DNA of 64,000 nt. Source: Nibricoccus sp. Its GTDB lineage: Bacteria; Verrucomicrobiota; Verrucomicrobiia; Opitutales; Opitutaceae. A program made the translations under genes and the position numbers. Positions within the stretch are counted from its first letter, which is position 1. Every line of letters begins with the position of its first letter. Shown here in pieces: positions 22,543 through 32,778 of this stretch. The notes below the pieces were generated by a model. That model made no database searches. It was not told the origin of the DNA and saw only the letters and a program-made list of their open reading frames with translations. The stretch covers positions 3,552,001 through 3,616,000 of the forward strand of contig JASGHG010000001.1 in NCBI GenBank assembly GCA_047602425.1. The letters run 5' to 3'.

Positions 22543-25500
22543 ATGCACGCAGTGTCCTTCCGTAGTTTCGCCCGGCTCGTCTGCCTGATTCTTTTCACAG
22601 GCCTTTCTGCCATCGGGGCACAAAACCTTGCAGTTCTCTCACCTGAGACAAAAGAAGTCGCCGCTTCCGGCGCGAGCTACACGCTCAAAGTCGAGGCTTC
22701 CTCCGACTGGGCCGCGGAAACCGATGTCAACTGGCTCGCTCTCTCTCCAGGCAAAGGCACAGGCAATGGCGAGATCGAAATTATTGTCGCGCCAAACTCC
22801 AGCAATGCCCCACGCCAAGCCAAGATCACCATTGGCGGTCAGGTTCATACGGTTGTCCAGAAAGGCCGTACCGCGACAATCACGTCTTTTGCGCAAACCA
22901 CACAAAATGCACAAGCTGCCACGGGAGCCGTTGCAAAGAAGGATATCGTAGCGGAGGCTCTTGGCGTCGATTATGTGACCGATCCTGCTATCACCACCGC
23001 GCTTCAACATTTTGGACAAATTAATGCCATCGCTTTTTGGCCCCAAGTAAACCCAACCAGCGTTTATGTGGCCGGAAATTTCACAACCGTTGGCGGCCAA
23101 ACTCGTTCGGGGGTGGCCCGTTTTAACTTGGCCAACTTGACCGATGGAGCGGATTTCAACACTGGTTCGGGTTTCGACGGAGAAGTCCGCGCCATCGCAA
23201 TCCAATCTGATGGGAAAATTATCGTGGGTGGTGATTTTGGTTCCTACAATGGCGCAGCAGTGGCGCGCATCGCTCGTCTCAACACAAACGGTACGCTCGA
23301 TACCAATTTCAATAGCGCTTATACTGCTGCGGACAAGGGCTTCAACGGCAGCGTCTACGCGCTCAAACTGCAACCAATTGGTACAAGCCAGTACGTCGTC
23401 GTTGGCGGTGCTTTTACTAAGTACAACGGTTCGGCGCAAAACTATCTCGTGCGCTTAAAACTCACGGGCGCCGCCGACGACGGTGCCATCGATACGGCAT
23501 TTGCCACAGGTACCAACCTCGATGGAGCTGTGTATGCGATCGATCTTCTCAACTCCACCAATCCAAGTCGCGTTGTCATTGGTGGTGCCTTTACTAAATA
23601 CAACGGTACGACACGCGGTCGCATCGCCCGCCTCAACGGAGCCGATGCGTCGCTAGATACAGCTTTTGCTCCAGCTGGCAGCGGACTGAACAGTATCGTC
23701 TATTGCGTCGCTGTGGTGCAAAACGCCAACCAGTCTGATGACGGCTATGTTGTCGCTGGCGGTTTGTTCGACGGTTATAATGACATTAGTCAGAACCATG
23801 TCACACGGCTGAGTTCCACCGGTGCATTGGACACCACGTTCCAAACCAATATGGGTTTTGGAATCACGGGTGTAGTGTATAGCATCGCGATTCAAGCCGA
23901 TAAACATATCGTGCTGGGTGGTAATTTTACGGCCTACGGTAATGCCACATATGACTCTATCGTTCGTGTCACTCCCGAAGGTAAGGCGGATGGTCCAACC
24001 ATTTCGACCACCACCAATGGCGTCACAACGGTAACGCAGAATCCGGACTGGTTTAATCCAGGACTTGGTTTCAATAGTAACGTTTACGCAGTTGCAATAC
24101 TGCCTGATCAAACGATTCTCGCAGGAGGACTCTTTACCAAGTACAACGATCAGCCTGCGCAAGGCCTTGCTCGAATCGCATCAACTGGTCTGAAGCATAC
24201 ACTATCCTCAGCAGAACTCAGGCGCGCTGGCATGGGCTTTATTGTTCCGACCACGGGCAATAAGTTCATTGTGGCAGGTTCGTTCGCGCGCGTGGGCAAC
24301 GACACGCGTTACGCCGTAGCACGGTTAAATTCCAATGGTACGTCTGATACCTCGTTCTATCTCAACAACGGCTTCGCGGGGAAGGGTGTTAACGCCCTTA
24401 TCCAACAATCCGATGGAGCGATTCTTATGGGTGGCTCCTTTTATTCACTCAATGGCGCGTCCTACGGCAATATCGTTCGTCTTACAGCCGAGGGCAAAGC
24501 TCAGGGTAGCAATTTGACCACGACCTCGTACGATTCAAATACGAGTCAAACCACCACCCTGACACGGGCGTTCGTTGAGACGGCTGGCGATCCTAACCTC
24601 GGCAAGGTCAAAGTTACGAAAACGATTACTGATGCGAATGGCAACAAGGTGGGATCTGATTCGGAATACTACTTGGATAACGCCGATTGGTTTCTCAACA
24701 ACGGCGGCTTTAACAAGCCCGTCCACGCCCTGCTAATTACCGACAATCTCGGACACATTCTTGCCGGAGGCGAGTTTACCGCCTACGACACCTCCACGCG
24801 CAACTATCTCGCACTATTGCGCTCTGACGGCACCCTGGAAAACTTCAATAGTAACGCTACCGGTGGTTTTGATGGAAACGTCTACGCCCTCGCCAAACAA
24901 ACGGTGGGTACCGCCACTAAATTCATCGTTGGCGGAGCTTTCACGAAATTCGAAGGGGTGGCACGCAATCGGTTGGCGCGTCTAAATGCCGATGGTACCC
25001 TCGACAGCACATTCACACTGCAAGGCACCGGCTTCGATGGCGACGTTCGTTGTGTGGCAGTTCAAACCATCACCACGACCGTTGGCACGACGACAACTTC
25101 AACGGATTACATCCTGGTTGGCGGTTATTTCAGAAATTATAATGCCACCGACAACAAACGCAGTGGCCTCGTCCGGTTAAAAACCGATGGCTCCCTTGAT
25201 ACGTCCTTCAACGCCCTGAATGCCACAACCAATCCAAACAACGACGGTTTCACATGGCTGGGCCTCGCGCCCAATGTCGAGTCGATCACGGTACAAAGCG
25301 ACGGGAAGATTCTCGTTGGCGGTGATTTTACGACTTACAACGGAGCCTCCACAACCAACACGGGGATCGTTCGTTTGAATCAAGATGGCGTTCGTGATGG
25401 GACCTTCACGGTAAATGGTGGCGCAGGCCTGACTGATGGTTATGCCCGGCAGATTCTTGTCAGCAGCGACGGCGCGCGGCTATATCTTGCAGGGGCGAGC

Positions 25501-25773
25501 ACGTCTTCCCAGATTGGCGTGGCGGTATTGACCAGTTCGTCTTCGTCTTCCTCATCGAGCAGCAGCTCTTCCTCGTCAAGCAGCTCATCGTCTTCTTCAT
25601 CGTCGAGCAGCAGTTCCTCTTCCTCCAGCAGTTCTTCGTCGTCGAGTAGTTCAAGTTCATCGTCATCCGGAGCCGCCACTTCCGATAGCGGTGGCGGTGG
25701 TGCATTGGGTTGGTACTATTTCGCGGCTCTTGGTCTCGCGCTTGGCCTTCGCCTAAATCGGCGTCGTTGCTGA
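22543..25773 (+). CDS. Large surface protein: BACON domain, delta-60 (DUF5122-like) beta-propeller repeats, poly-Ser linker, GlyGly-CTERM-like tail
   Basis: Signal peptide; W-x-A-ETDVNWL...SPGKGTGNG (BACON-like); more than 10 repeats of QxDGKIxVGGxF...IxRLNxDGTLDTxF; 45 Ser; GGGGALGW-TM-RRR. Confidence 0.88.
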   Translation: MHAVSFRSFARLVCLILFTGLSAIGAQNLAVLSPETKEVAASGASYTLKVEASSDWAAETDVNWLALSPGKGTGNGEIEIIVAPNSSNAPRQAKITIGGQVHTVVQKGRTATITSFAQTTQNAQAATGAVAKKDIVAEALGVDYVTDPAITTALQHFGQINAIAFWPQVNPTSVYVAGNFTTVGGQTRSGVARFNLANLTDGADFNTGSGFDGEVRAIAIQSDGKIIVGGDFGSYNGAAVARIARLNTNGTLDTNFNSAYTAADKGFNGSVYALKLQPIGTSQYVVVGGAFTKYNGSAQNYLVRLKLTGAADDGAIDTAFATGTNLDGAVYAIDLLNSTNPSRVVIGGAFTKYNGTTRGRIARLNGADASLDTAFAPAGSGLNSIVYCVAVVQNANQSDDGYVVAGGLFDGYNDISQNHVTRLSSTGALDTTFQTNMGFGITGVVYSIAIQADKHIVLGGNFTAYGNATYDSIVRVTPEGKADGPTISTTTNGVTTVTQNPDWFNPGLGFNSNVYAVAILPDQTILAGGLFTKYNDQPAQGLARIASTGLKHTLSSAELRRAGMGFIVPTTGNKFIVAGSFARVGNDTRYAVARLNSNGTSDTSFYLNNGFAGKGVNALIQQSDGAILMGGSFYSLNGASYGNIVRLTAEGKAQGSNLTTTSYDSNTSQTTTLTRAFVETAGDPNLGKVKVTKTITDANGNKVGSDSEYYLDNADWFLNNGGFNKPVHALLITDNLGHILAGGEFTAYDTSTRNYLALLRSDGTLENFNSNATGGFDGNVYALAKQTVGTATKFIVGGAFTKFEGVARNRLARLNADGTLDSTFTLQGTGFDGDVRCVAVQTITTTVGTTTTSTDYILVGGYFRNYNATDNKRSGLVRLKTDGSLDTSFNALNATTNPNNDGFTWLGLAPNVESITVQSDGKILVGGDFTTYNGASTTNTGIVRLNQDGVRDGTFTVNGGAGLTDGYARQILVSSDGARLYLAGASTSSQIGVAVLTSSSSSSSSSSSSSSSSSSSSSSSSSSSSSSSSSSSSSSSSSSSSSGAATSDSGGGGALGWYYFAALGLALGLRLNRRRC
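25534..25668 (+). repeat. 45-codon poly-serine tract
   Basis: Uninterrupted mix of TCN and AGY codons. Confidence 0.95.
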
Positions 25774-25798
25774 TTTCGTTGAACTTGCGCCCGCAACC

Positions 25799-26293
25799 AT
25801 GAAGGTCGCCTGCATTCTCGGATTTTTCCTCTTACTTTCGCCGTTTTCCATGGCGAAGCCGGGAGTGAGTGCGGAAACGAACCAACTGGCTTTGAGTGTC
25901 GGCGCCTCCGGCATTTTTGACACCGAGCACAATCTCACATTTGTCGCCGAGTATCGGTTTGGTCGCGACTGGCACGGCATCCACCCTTGGATCGGTATGA
26001 GTTGGGCTACGGATGGCGCGGTCTTCGCCGGCGGAGGTATTCTATATTCGATCGCGCTTGCCGGTGGCGATTGGCGACTCACTGCGGGTGCGGGACCAGG
26101 CTATTATGAACGTCATCAAGGCACCGATTTGGGCAGCCATTTGGAATTCTGCACGTTTGGAGAAATTTCCCGCAACATGTCATGGGGACATCGGGTCATG
26201 GTTAGGCTGATGCATATCTCCAACGGTGGCCTGACCGAAAGAAATCCAGGCAACGAACTTCTTTTGCTCGGCTACGCTATGCCCTTGCCATAA
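25799..26293 (+). CDS. Acyloxyacyl hydrolase / PagL-like lipid A 3-O-deacylase outer-membrane barrel
   Basis: Signal peptide, DLGSHLEF, HISNGGL...NPG. Confidence 0.82.
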   Translation: MKVACILGFFLLLSPFSMAKPGVSAETNQLALSVGASGIFDTEHNLTFVAEYRFGRDWHGIHPWIGMSWATDGAVFAGGGILYSIALAGGDWRLTAGAGPGYYERHQGTDLGSHLEFCTFGEISRNMSWGHRVMVRLMHISNGGLTERNPGNELLLLGYAMPLP

Positions 26294-26367
26294 CCGCCCA
26301 AATTCCGCTGCATTCACCCTTTTCCCGCAACCTTCTTAAACTCCACGCATCGTTGGTAGAGCGTTAC

Positions 26368-27927
26368 ATGAATCATCTCCGTTTTCATCTTTTCCTAGTT
26401 AGTTTGATGTCGTTGGTTGCGATCCCTGTTTTCGCCGACGAAACCACAGCGATCCTGCCGGAAAAAGAAGAAGATATTCCTGTGGAGTTTATTCCGACGC
26501 TGGACACAACAATTTCTGTGGGCTTGCGCCGCCTTAATAGCGGTCCGAAAGTTCGCTTCGGGAATCTCGGTGGGTTAGGCCAGCCGATAACGGTCAATCC
26601 CAACGACACGACTCCTGGTTTTCAGTCACACTATTACACAGACGGCGTGGTCAATGCCGACTCTCACTACGGCGCCGAGATGATCACGCCCGGCGTGGGC
26701 ATTGGCGGCGAATATAGCACCAATGATTTTATCGCCGTAAGAGGTGATGGAGGAAAGACCATCACTGTCTACACGAGGATTGCGACTGCCGTATTAAATC
26801 CGGACGGGACTGTGTTCAAAAATTCCGACGGCACGTACGTTCCTAATACAGTTTCAAAAGGAAGCGACGGAAACACGGTGCAGAATATTGATTATACTTT
26901 TGCCTCCACGGCGAAGTTTCTTGCGTACCAGCCAGGCCAGACGCGCAGTTGGAGCGCTCTGAACAAATCTCAGCTCAAGGCGGACGGTACCGTGGAAATG
27001 CACGCTGACGGCATTATGACTTCGGGCGCCTCGCTTGAGGCCGATAGTAGTTCCAGCACCGGGTTTGACGTAAACGTTGAGCGTCGTCTCGGCAAACGAG
27101 GTCGTCTCGATTGGGGCGTTTCGGCCGGTTTAAATTTCGCCTATATTAACGCAAAAGCGTCCGGCGTTTTCCCAGCTTTTCTGTTACGGACAACTGATAC
27201 CTACCGCATGGTGGACACTGGTTTTAACCACAATGCCATCATCAACCGCACGGTCGATCCCGCGCAGCCTAATGGCATCACCGGTCAAACTGATCTCGCG
27301 GTGAAACTCTATAGTGATCCTTCCGCACCGGTTTGGAGATACGTCGATGCGACGACTGCGCCCGTCAATGTGACTAGCGGAGCGGATCTTTCTACGGCAA
27401 CTCCTTTGGCCTATGGTTATACGCCGGGCCAAGCCACGATTGCAGGAGTCGTCATGATCCATGGAAACTATCAACTTAAGGGCTCCTATATGCTTTCGCA
27501 TGTTGGACCTTCATTCCGATATAACTTTAACGATCGTTGGGCGGTCAGCGGTACGGTGGGTTTGGCTCTTGGCTGGATCGGTACGAACTTTTACTCCACG
27601 GAATATTACAATACTTGGAACGACGTTCCCGTGGCATTACGTCCCGATGAAGAAGGGAACACGACGGAGTACCATTGGAACGAATCAAATTCCACCCACA
27701 AATTCAGATTGGGTCTCTACTACGATATCAATTTGGAATATTGGGTAACTGACCGAACGGGCTTTTATGCCGGTATTACCGGGCAAAGTCTGCGCGATTT
27801 TACCCAACGCCGACTGGGCGACCGCGTTGATCCACGAGATCCCTCTAAAATCATTCCTGGTCGAACAGCTACCATCGATATGGGTCAGGGTGCGGGCTGG
27901 ACCATTGGTATTCGTACCCGCTTCTAA
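26368..27927 (+). CDS. Hypothetical outer-membrane beta-barrel protein with large inserted loops
   Basis: Signal peptide, alternating amphipathic strands (GPSFRYNFNDRWAVSGTVG, YDINLEYWV), C-terminal IGIRTRF. Confidence 0.7.
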   Translation: MNHLRFHLFLVSLMSLVAIPVFADETTAILPEKEEDIPVEFIPTLDTTISVGLRRLNSGPKVRFGNLGGLGQPITVNPNDTTPGFQSHYYTDGVVNADSHYGAEMITPGVGIGGEYSTNDFIAVRGDGGKTITVYTRIATAVLNPDGTVFKNSDGTYVPNTVSKGSDGNTVQNIDYTFASTAKFLAYQPGQTRSWSALNKSQLKADGTVEMHADGIMTSGASLEADSSSSTGFDVNVERRLGKRGRLDWGVSAGLNFAYINAKASGVFPAFLLRTTDTYRMVDTGFNHNAIINRTVDPAQPNGITGQTDLAVKLYSDPSAPVWRYVDATTAPVNVTSGADLSTATPLAYGYTPGQATIAGVVMIHGNYQLKGSYMLSHVGPSFRYNFNDRWAVSGTVGLALGWIGTNFYSTEYYNTWNDVPVALRPDEEGNTTEYHWNESNSTHKFRLGLYYDINLEYWVTDRTGFYAGITGQSLRDFTQRRLGDRVDPRDPSKIIPGRTATIDMGQGAGWTIGIRTRF

Positions 27928-28045
27928 ATCGGAATCTGGCACTCACGGTGCTCGCGTCGCCTAGCGATCAGGCGATTGCCAAACCACAAGAAATCGACAG
28001 CGTCTTTGGTGGATGCGACGTTGAGCGTCCTGCGTTTGCTTTCTG

Positions 28046-28820
28046 TTACGACCCCAGCTTTGTGTAATCGAGCACGGTGTGGCTGATATGGCCGGCGGCG
28101 AGCGCCTTGCGGTCGGTCAACGGTTGTTCGGGGGAGATATCCTGGCCGAGTTTAAAAACGAAACGGTGGGTGCCATCGTCGGCCTGTGGACTGAAAAGTC
28201 CCGGGATGATCACTCGCGCGGGCACGGTGCGGCGGACGTCAGTGTCTCCCGTGCACGGATATGGGAAGTTGACGTTGTGGACAATGAAGCTCTGTGCGGC
28301 GGTGGCGTGGGCGAATTTCGGGATGAACTTGGCAGCATGGGCGCAAGAGGCGCGAAGGGTGGCGAGAACCGCCGGACTGGATTTTCCTTTGTTCCTGCGG
28401 ACTTGTTCGAATTCTTCGAGTGGCAAATCTTGGGAGAGCGCGATGGCGGGCAAGCCGTGGACGGCGCCTTCGAATGCTCCCGCGATCGTGCCACTGGCCA
28501 GCATAAAACCGATGCTGGCGTTGAAGCCGAGATTCACGCCGCTGACCACGGCATCGGGGCGTTCCGGCAGCAGATGGGCAATGCCGATATTGACGCAATC
28601 GCTCGGCGTCCCGTCGACAACCCACGTAGGGCAGCCAAGGTCCGCGATCTTCAGGTTTGGATGAAACCGGGCGATGACGGGATTTTGCGGCGCCGATCCA
28701 GCTTTGTTCGGTCTTCGGTGCGACGACGTAAACTTCATTGCCTGCATGACGCAGGGCATGCACGAGTTCGTGCAGAAAGACACTTTCGATACTATCGTCG
28801 TTGGTAAGAAGAAGGCGCAT
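28046..28820 (-). pseudogene. surE: SurE 5'/3'-nucleotidase, split by a +1 frameshift near 28641 (possibly a sequencing error)
   Basis: MRLLLTNDD...VVAPKTEQS in one frame; GTPSDCV, VVSGVNLG, SGTIAGA, NVNFP in another; deleting 1 nt restores 257 aa. Confidence 0.85.
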
Positions 28821-29022
28821 GGTGCGAGAAAGGACGAGAGTGAAGGTGGAACGCAGGAAAGTCAGGAACGGAAATCAATTTTTTGGAACGAATGGACGGG
28901 GTGCTTGGAAGCGCGAAAATTTCGCCGGTATTTCCGAGTTCCTTATTCAAAAGAAAAAGCCGAAGGCCTGAGCCTTCGGCTGCGAAAAAGAGCAGGATCA
29001 AAAGAATGACGAACGTTAGCTG

Positions 29023-29505
29023 TCAGCGCGCGGCGTCGGGAAAAATGGCGATCACTTCGACTTCGATGACGTGTTCGGGTTGGAAGAGACGAGCGACTTG
29101 GACCCAGGTCGCGGCGGGGAAATCTGTTCCATAGTAGCTTTTGCGAACATTTGCGTTGGCTTTGAGCGCTTCGATGTCGGTGGTATAAATGGTTTCCTTA
29201 ACCACGTGTTGGAAGCCAAGGCCGTGCGCGGCGAGGGTTTTGGCAACGTTGTCGTAGGATTTCTTGATGGCCGCGGGCATGGCACCGCCACCGGTTATGC
29301 CGGAAACATAAAGCGTGTTTCCTACGCGGACGGCCTGGGTGTAACCGATCTCATTTTCCCAAGGACCTCGGTTAAACTTTTTTTTGGCGAGTGAAGGTTG
29401 TTCGGTGACAGCGGGGACGGCCGGTGCATCCGCAGCGATGATGGTCGAACTCACGATGGCGAGTACGGCGAGAAAGATGAAAAGGCGCGAGAGGGAGTTT
29501 TTCAT
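29023..29505 (-). CDS. RidA/YjgF family protein with signal peptide
   Basis: GYTQAVRVGNTLYVSG, FPAATWVQVARL, IEVEVIA. Confidence 0.85.
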   Translation of the reverse strand: MKNSLSRLFIFLAVLAIVSSTIIAADAPAVPAVTEQPSLAKKKFNRGPWENEIGYTQAVRVGNTLYVSGITGGGAMPAAIKKSYDNVAKTLAAHGLGFQHVVKETIYTTDIEALKANANVRKSYYGTDFPAATWVQVARLFQPEHVIEVEVIAIFPDAAR

Positions 29506-29552
29506 GTTGTTCTATAAACACCTAATCCCGCTAAAACCCTTTTGTTGGCAAT

Positions 29553-29583
29553 AAAAAAGCCGGAGGCGATGAAGCTCCCGGCT
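29553..29583 (-). terminator. Intrinsic terminator of pnp
   Basis: Minus strand AGCCGGGAGC...GCCTCCGGCTTTTTT. Confidence 0.7.
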
Positions 29584-29617
29584 GGAGAAACAGTAAGATG
29601 CAGAGAATGAAGAACGG

Positions 29618-31807
29618 TTAGCTGGCGGTCGGCGCAGCCGGAGCGGCGGGCGCTTGTTCGCCTTGCTTCTGGGCTTCCATTTCCTTCAAGGCGGCTTTGC
29701 GCGAGAGCCGGACTTTGCCGGACTTCTCGTCGATGCCAATGCACTTTACCCACATCTCATCGCCAACTTTGCAGACGTCCTCGGTGCGGCGCACGCGGAA
29801 GTCGGCGAGTTCGCTGATGTGGCAGAGGCCTTCCTTACCGGGCAGGCACTCGACAAAAGCGCCAAACTCCTTGGTGCCTTTGACGACACCGCGGTAGAGC
29901 TTGCCGTTTTCGATCTGGGCGCCACCGCCGCAGAGGACGTCGATTTCCTGCACGGCGCGGTTCATCGCATCGGCATTGTTCGAGTAAATGAACACCTTGC
30001 CGGAATCGTCTTCGGCAATGTCGATCTGCGCACCGGTCGTTTCCGTGATGCGGCGGATCGTTTTGCCACCGGGTCCGATGAGCAGGCCGATCTTTTCGGG
30101 ATCGATCTGGATCGTCTGGATGCGAGGAGCGTACTTGCTGAGGTCGGCGCGCGGAGCGGGCAGGGCGGCAAGCATGGTCTTGAGGATTTCGACGCGGGCG
30201 TCGCGAGCTTGGAAGATCGCGGTCTTGGCGATTTCGAAGGGCAAGCCGTTAATCTTGAGGTCGAGTTGGAAGCCGGTGATGCCCTTGGTGGTGCCAGCGA
30301 GCTTGAAGTCCATGTCGCCGAAGTGATCTTCCTCACCGAGGATGTCGGTGATGGTGACCCACTTTTCAATCGAGCCGTCGGCGGCGTTCTGGGTCATGAG
30401 ACCGCAGCTGATGCCAGCGACCGGAGCGATGATCGGCACGCCAGCGTCCATGAGGGACAAGCAGCCGCCGCAGATCGAAGCCATCGAGGTCGAGCCGTTG
30501 GAGGCCATGATCTCGGAGACAACGCGTATCGAATAAGGGAATACATCTTCGGGCGGGAGCACCGGGACGAGCGAGCGCTCGGCGAGGGCACCGTGGCCAA
30601 TTTCGCGGCGACCGGGGGAGCCGAAGCGACCGGTTTCACCGACGGAGAATGGCGGGAAGTTGTAGTGGAGGATGAAGCTCTTGGACTTCGCACCGCCGGT
30701 GAGGCCGTCCATTTCCTGGGCTTCCTTAGTCGGCCCGAGGGTGGTGAGGGCGATGTTCTGGGTGTCGCCGCGCTGGAACATGGCCGAACCATGCACGCGA
30801 GGCAAAACGCCAACCTGCGAGCTCAGCGGACGGATGTCCTTCTGGCCGCGTCCGTCGGCACGCACGCCTTTTTCGAGGACGGTCTTGCGGTAGGCTTTGT
30901 ATTGGAGGTCTTCGAAGACGACGTTGAGGTCGACATCGGTGAATTTGTCAGCGCCGAGTTCGGCGGTTAGGGCGACCTTGGCTTCTTCCTTGAGGAGTTT
31001 GACGGCGGCACCGCGAGCGGCCTTTTCCTTGCCGAAAATGGCGGTGGCGAGGCGTTCGGCGGGAACGACGCGCTCGATGATGGCGCGGGCCTCGGGCGTG
31101 GCGCCGACGAGGGCGAACGTGGCCTTGGGCTTGCCGCAGAGAGCGACGAGTTCCTTGATGGCCTTGATAATCGGCTGGATGGCCTGCTGGCCGAACGCGA
31201 GGGCTTCGACGAAGCGCTCTTCGGTGATCTGGTCCGCCGAACCTTCGATCATCAACATGTCCTTCTCGGTGCCGACGTAGATGAGGTCGAGCGAGGAGGA
31301 ATACATCTGTTCGATGGTTGGGTTGGCGACGAACTGACCGTCGATTTCGGCAACGCGAACGGCGGCAATCGGGCCGGCCCACGGAATGTCGGAGATGGCG
31401 AGAGCGGCGCTGGCGCCGTTGACCATCGGGATATCGGCTTCGTTAAGCTGGTCGGCCGACATGAGCTGGCCGATGATCTGCACTTCATTGAGGAAACCCT
31501 CGGGGAAGAGCGGGCGGCAAGGACGGTCGCAAAGACGCGACGTGAGAATTTCTTTTTCGGAAGGACGTCCTTCGCGTTTGAAATAGCCACCGGGGAAACG
31601 GCCGGCCGCGGCGTATTTTTCGCGGTAGTCAACGGTGAGCGGGAAGAAGTCCTGGCCGGGTTTCATGCTCTGCGCGACGCAGGCGGTGACAAAGACGTTG
31701 GTTTCGCCGACGTTGACGTTGACTGCGCCGTTGGCGAGTTGGGCGTAGGAGCCGGTGGAGAACGTGATCCCGAGTTCCGGGACCGTTACGATATGTTTCT
31801 GATTCAT
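29618..31807 (-). CDS. pnp: Polyribonucleotide nucleotidyltransferase (PNPase)
   Basis: [34 protein letters not shown] (IGPGGK) and S1 domains; start MNQKH. Confidence 0.97.
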   Translation of the reverse strand: MNQKHIVTVPELGITFSTGSYAQLANGAVNVNVGETNVFVTACVAQSMKPGQDFFPLTVDYREKYAAAGRFPGGYFKREGRPSEKEILTSRLCDRPCRPLFPEGFLNEVQIIGQLMSADQLNEADIPMVNGASAALAISDIPWAGPIAAVRVAEIDGQFVANPTIEQMYSSSLDLIYVGTEKDMLMIEGSADQITEERFVEALAFGQQAIQPIIKAIKELVALCGKPKATFALVGATPEARAIIERVVPAERLATAIFGKEKAARGAAVKLLKEEAKVALTAELGADKFTDVDLNVVFEDLQYKAYRKTVLEKGVRADGRGQKDIRPLSSQVGVLPRVHGSAMFQRGDTQNIALTTLGPTKEAQEMDGLTGGAKSKSFILHYNFPPFSVGETGRFGSPGRREIGHGALAERSLVPVLPPEDVFPYSIRVVSEIMASNGSTSMASICGGCLSLMDAGVPIIAPVAGISCGLMTQNAADGSIEKWVTITDILGEEDHFGDMDFKLAGTTKGITGFQLDLKINGLPFEIAKTAIFQARDARVEILKTMLAALPAPRADLSKYAPRIQTIQIDPEKIGLLIGPGGKTIRRITETTGAQIDIAEDDSGKVFIYSNNADAMNRAVQEIDVLCGGGAQIENGKLYRGVVKGTKEFGAFVECLPGKEGLCHISELADFRVRRTEDVCKVGDEMWVKCIGIDEKSGKVRLSRKAALKEMEAQKQGEQAPAAPAAPTAS

Positions 31808-32009
31808 TTTATTCTTATGCGGATTGTGCGTCTCGGATAGATCGAACGGGATCGCGGCGCACGGCGGACGGGTTCGGGGTTTGCGCCTCCCGGATGAGAA
31901 GCGGCCAACGCGGGTTTTGGGTGCGCGGGACTTGATGGGCGGTAACCGGCCCTTGCATCCTCGGTCTAATCGACCAGAGAGATTTCCGTTTGGCCCCGAA
32001 GTTTCGGGG

Positions 32010-32098
32010 AAATCCCAAATTCCAATGTTCAAATCCCAAAAGAGTGTGCGCCGGAGGTGCTGAGCTTTTGAAATTTGGATTTTGGAGTTTTGTGATTT
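32010..32098. repeat. Heptamer-unit imperfect inverted repeat
   Basis: AAATCCC AAATTCC AATGTTC AAATCCC AAA ... TTTGAAATTTGGATTTTGGAGTTTTGTGATTT. Confidence 0.65.
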
Positions 32099-32161
32099 CC
32101 GCGCTTTGAGCGCGGGGGCAAGCGGAAATGTCCCGGTGCGATTGCGAGTGTCGTAATGACA

Positions 32162-32190
32162 ACGGGCGATCCGCGGATCGGATCGCCCGT
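32162..32190 (-). terminator. Hairpin/terminator after rpsO
   Basis: 12-bp perfect stem ACGGGCGATCCG/CGGATCGCCCGT; only a weak U tract. Confidence 0.6.
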
Positions 32191-32203
32191 GTGCTAAAAC
32201 TGG

Positions 32204-32467
32204 TTACTTGCGGAGATTAAGCTTTTGCAGGAGCTCGTTGTACTTCGGAAGATTGTGTTTCTTTAGGTAATCGAGCAACTTACGGCGGCGGCTGGCCATC
32301 TGAAGAAGGCCGCGGCGGCTGTGGAAGTCTTTACGATGGGTGCGCAGGTGCTCAGTCAAGTGATTGATGCGAGCGGTGAGAAGCGCAACCTGGACCTCGG
32401 AAGAACCGGTGTCCTTGTCGTGGGTTTTGTATTCGGCGATGATTTCTGGTTTTACTACGGTAGACAT
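32204..32467 (-). CDS. rpsO: 30S ribosomal protein S15
   Basis: [13 protein letters not shown]...[12 protein letters not shown]; rpsO-pnp synteny. Confidence 0.98.
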   Translation of the reverse strand: MSTVVKPEIIAEYKTHDKDTGSSEVQVALLTARINHLTEHLRTHRKDFHSRRGLLQMASRRRKLLDYLKKHNLPKYNELLQKLNLRK

Positions 32468-32469
32468 GG

Positions 32470-32603
32470 TTTAATTGTTGAGTTTCACGACTGTAGGGGA
32501 TTTTTGAGTCCCGTGTCACCCGCCTTACGGCCGGTGCCACCGTTCCAATCCCACGGGATGTGAGACCAGTCATGGTGGGAGTCCGCAACCGACGGACTTC
32601 CAC
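32470..32603 (-). promoter_or_regulatory. Structured rpsO 5' leader (candidate S15 autoregulatory RNA)
   Basis: Nested stems CAUGACUG/CAGUCGUG and UCCCGUG/CACGGGA, a GUAA-capped hairpin, and an upstream hairpin. Confidence 0.55.
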
Positions 32604-32778
32604 TAACGCAAGGTATATGTATCCCGACTGGGGGCAGGGGGTGCAAGCGAAAATTTGGGCGAGGCACTGAGAACTTTGTTCTGGGATGCAAATAAGCGGG
32701 AAATGGAAGTGGGGAGGTTCGTCAAAGGATATTTCGGATCATTTGTGAGTTCCTTTATTCCAGAATCTTGAACAGTTC

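Noticed and set aside
28639..28643. Programmed ribosomal frameshift in surE or in the ABC gene
   Set aside because: No slippery heptamer or homopolymer run at either site.
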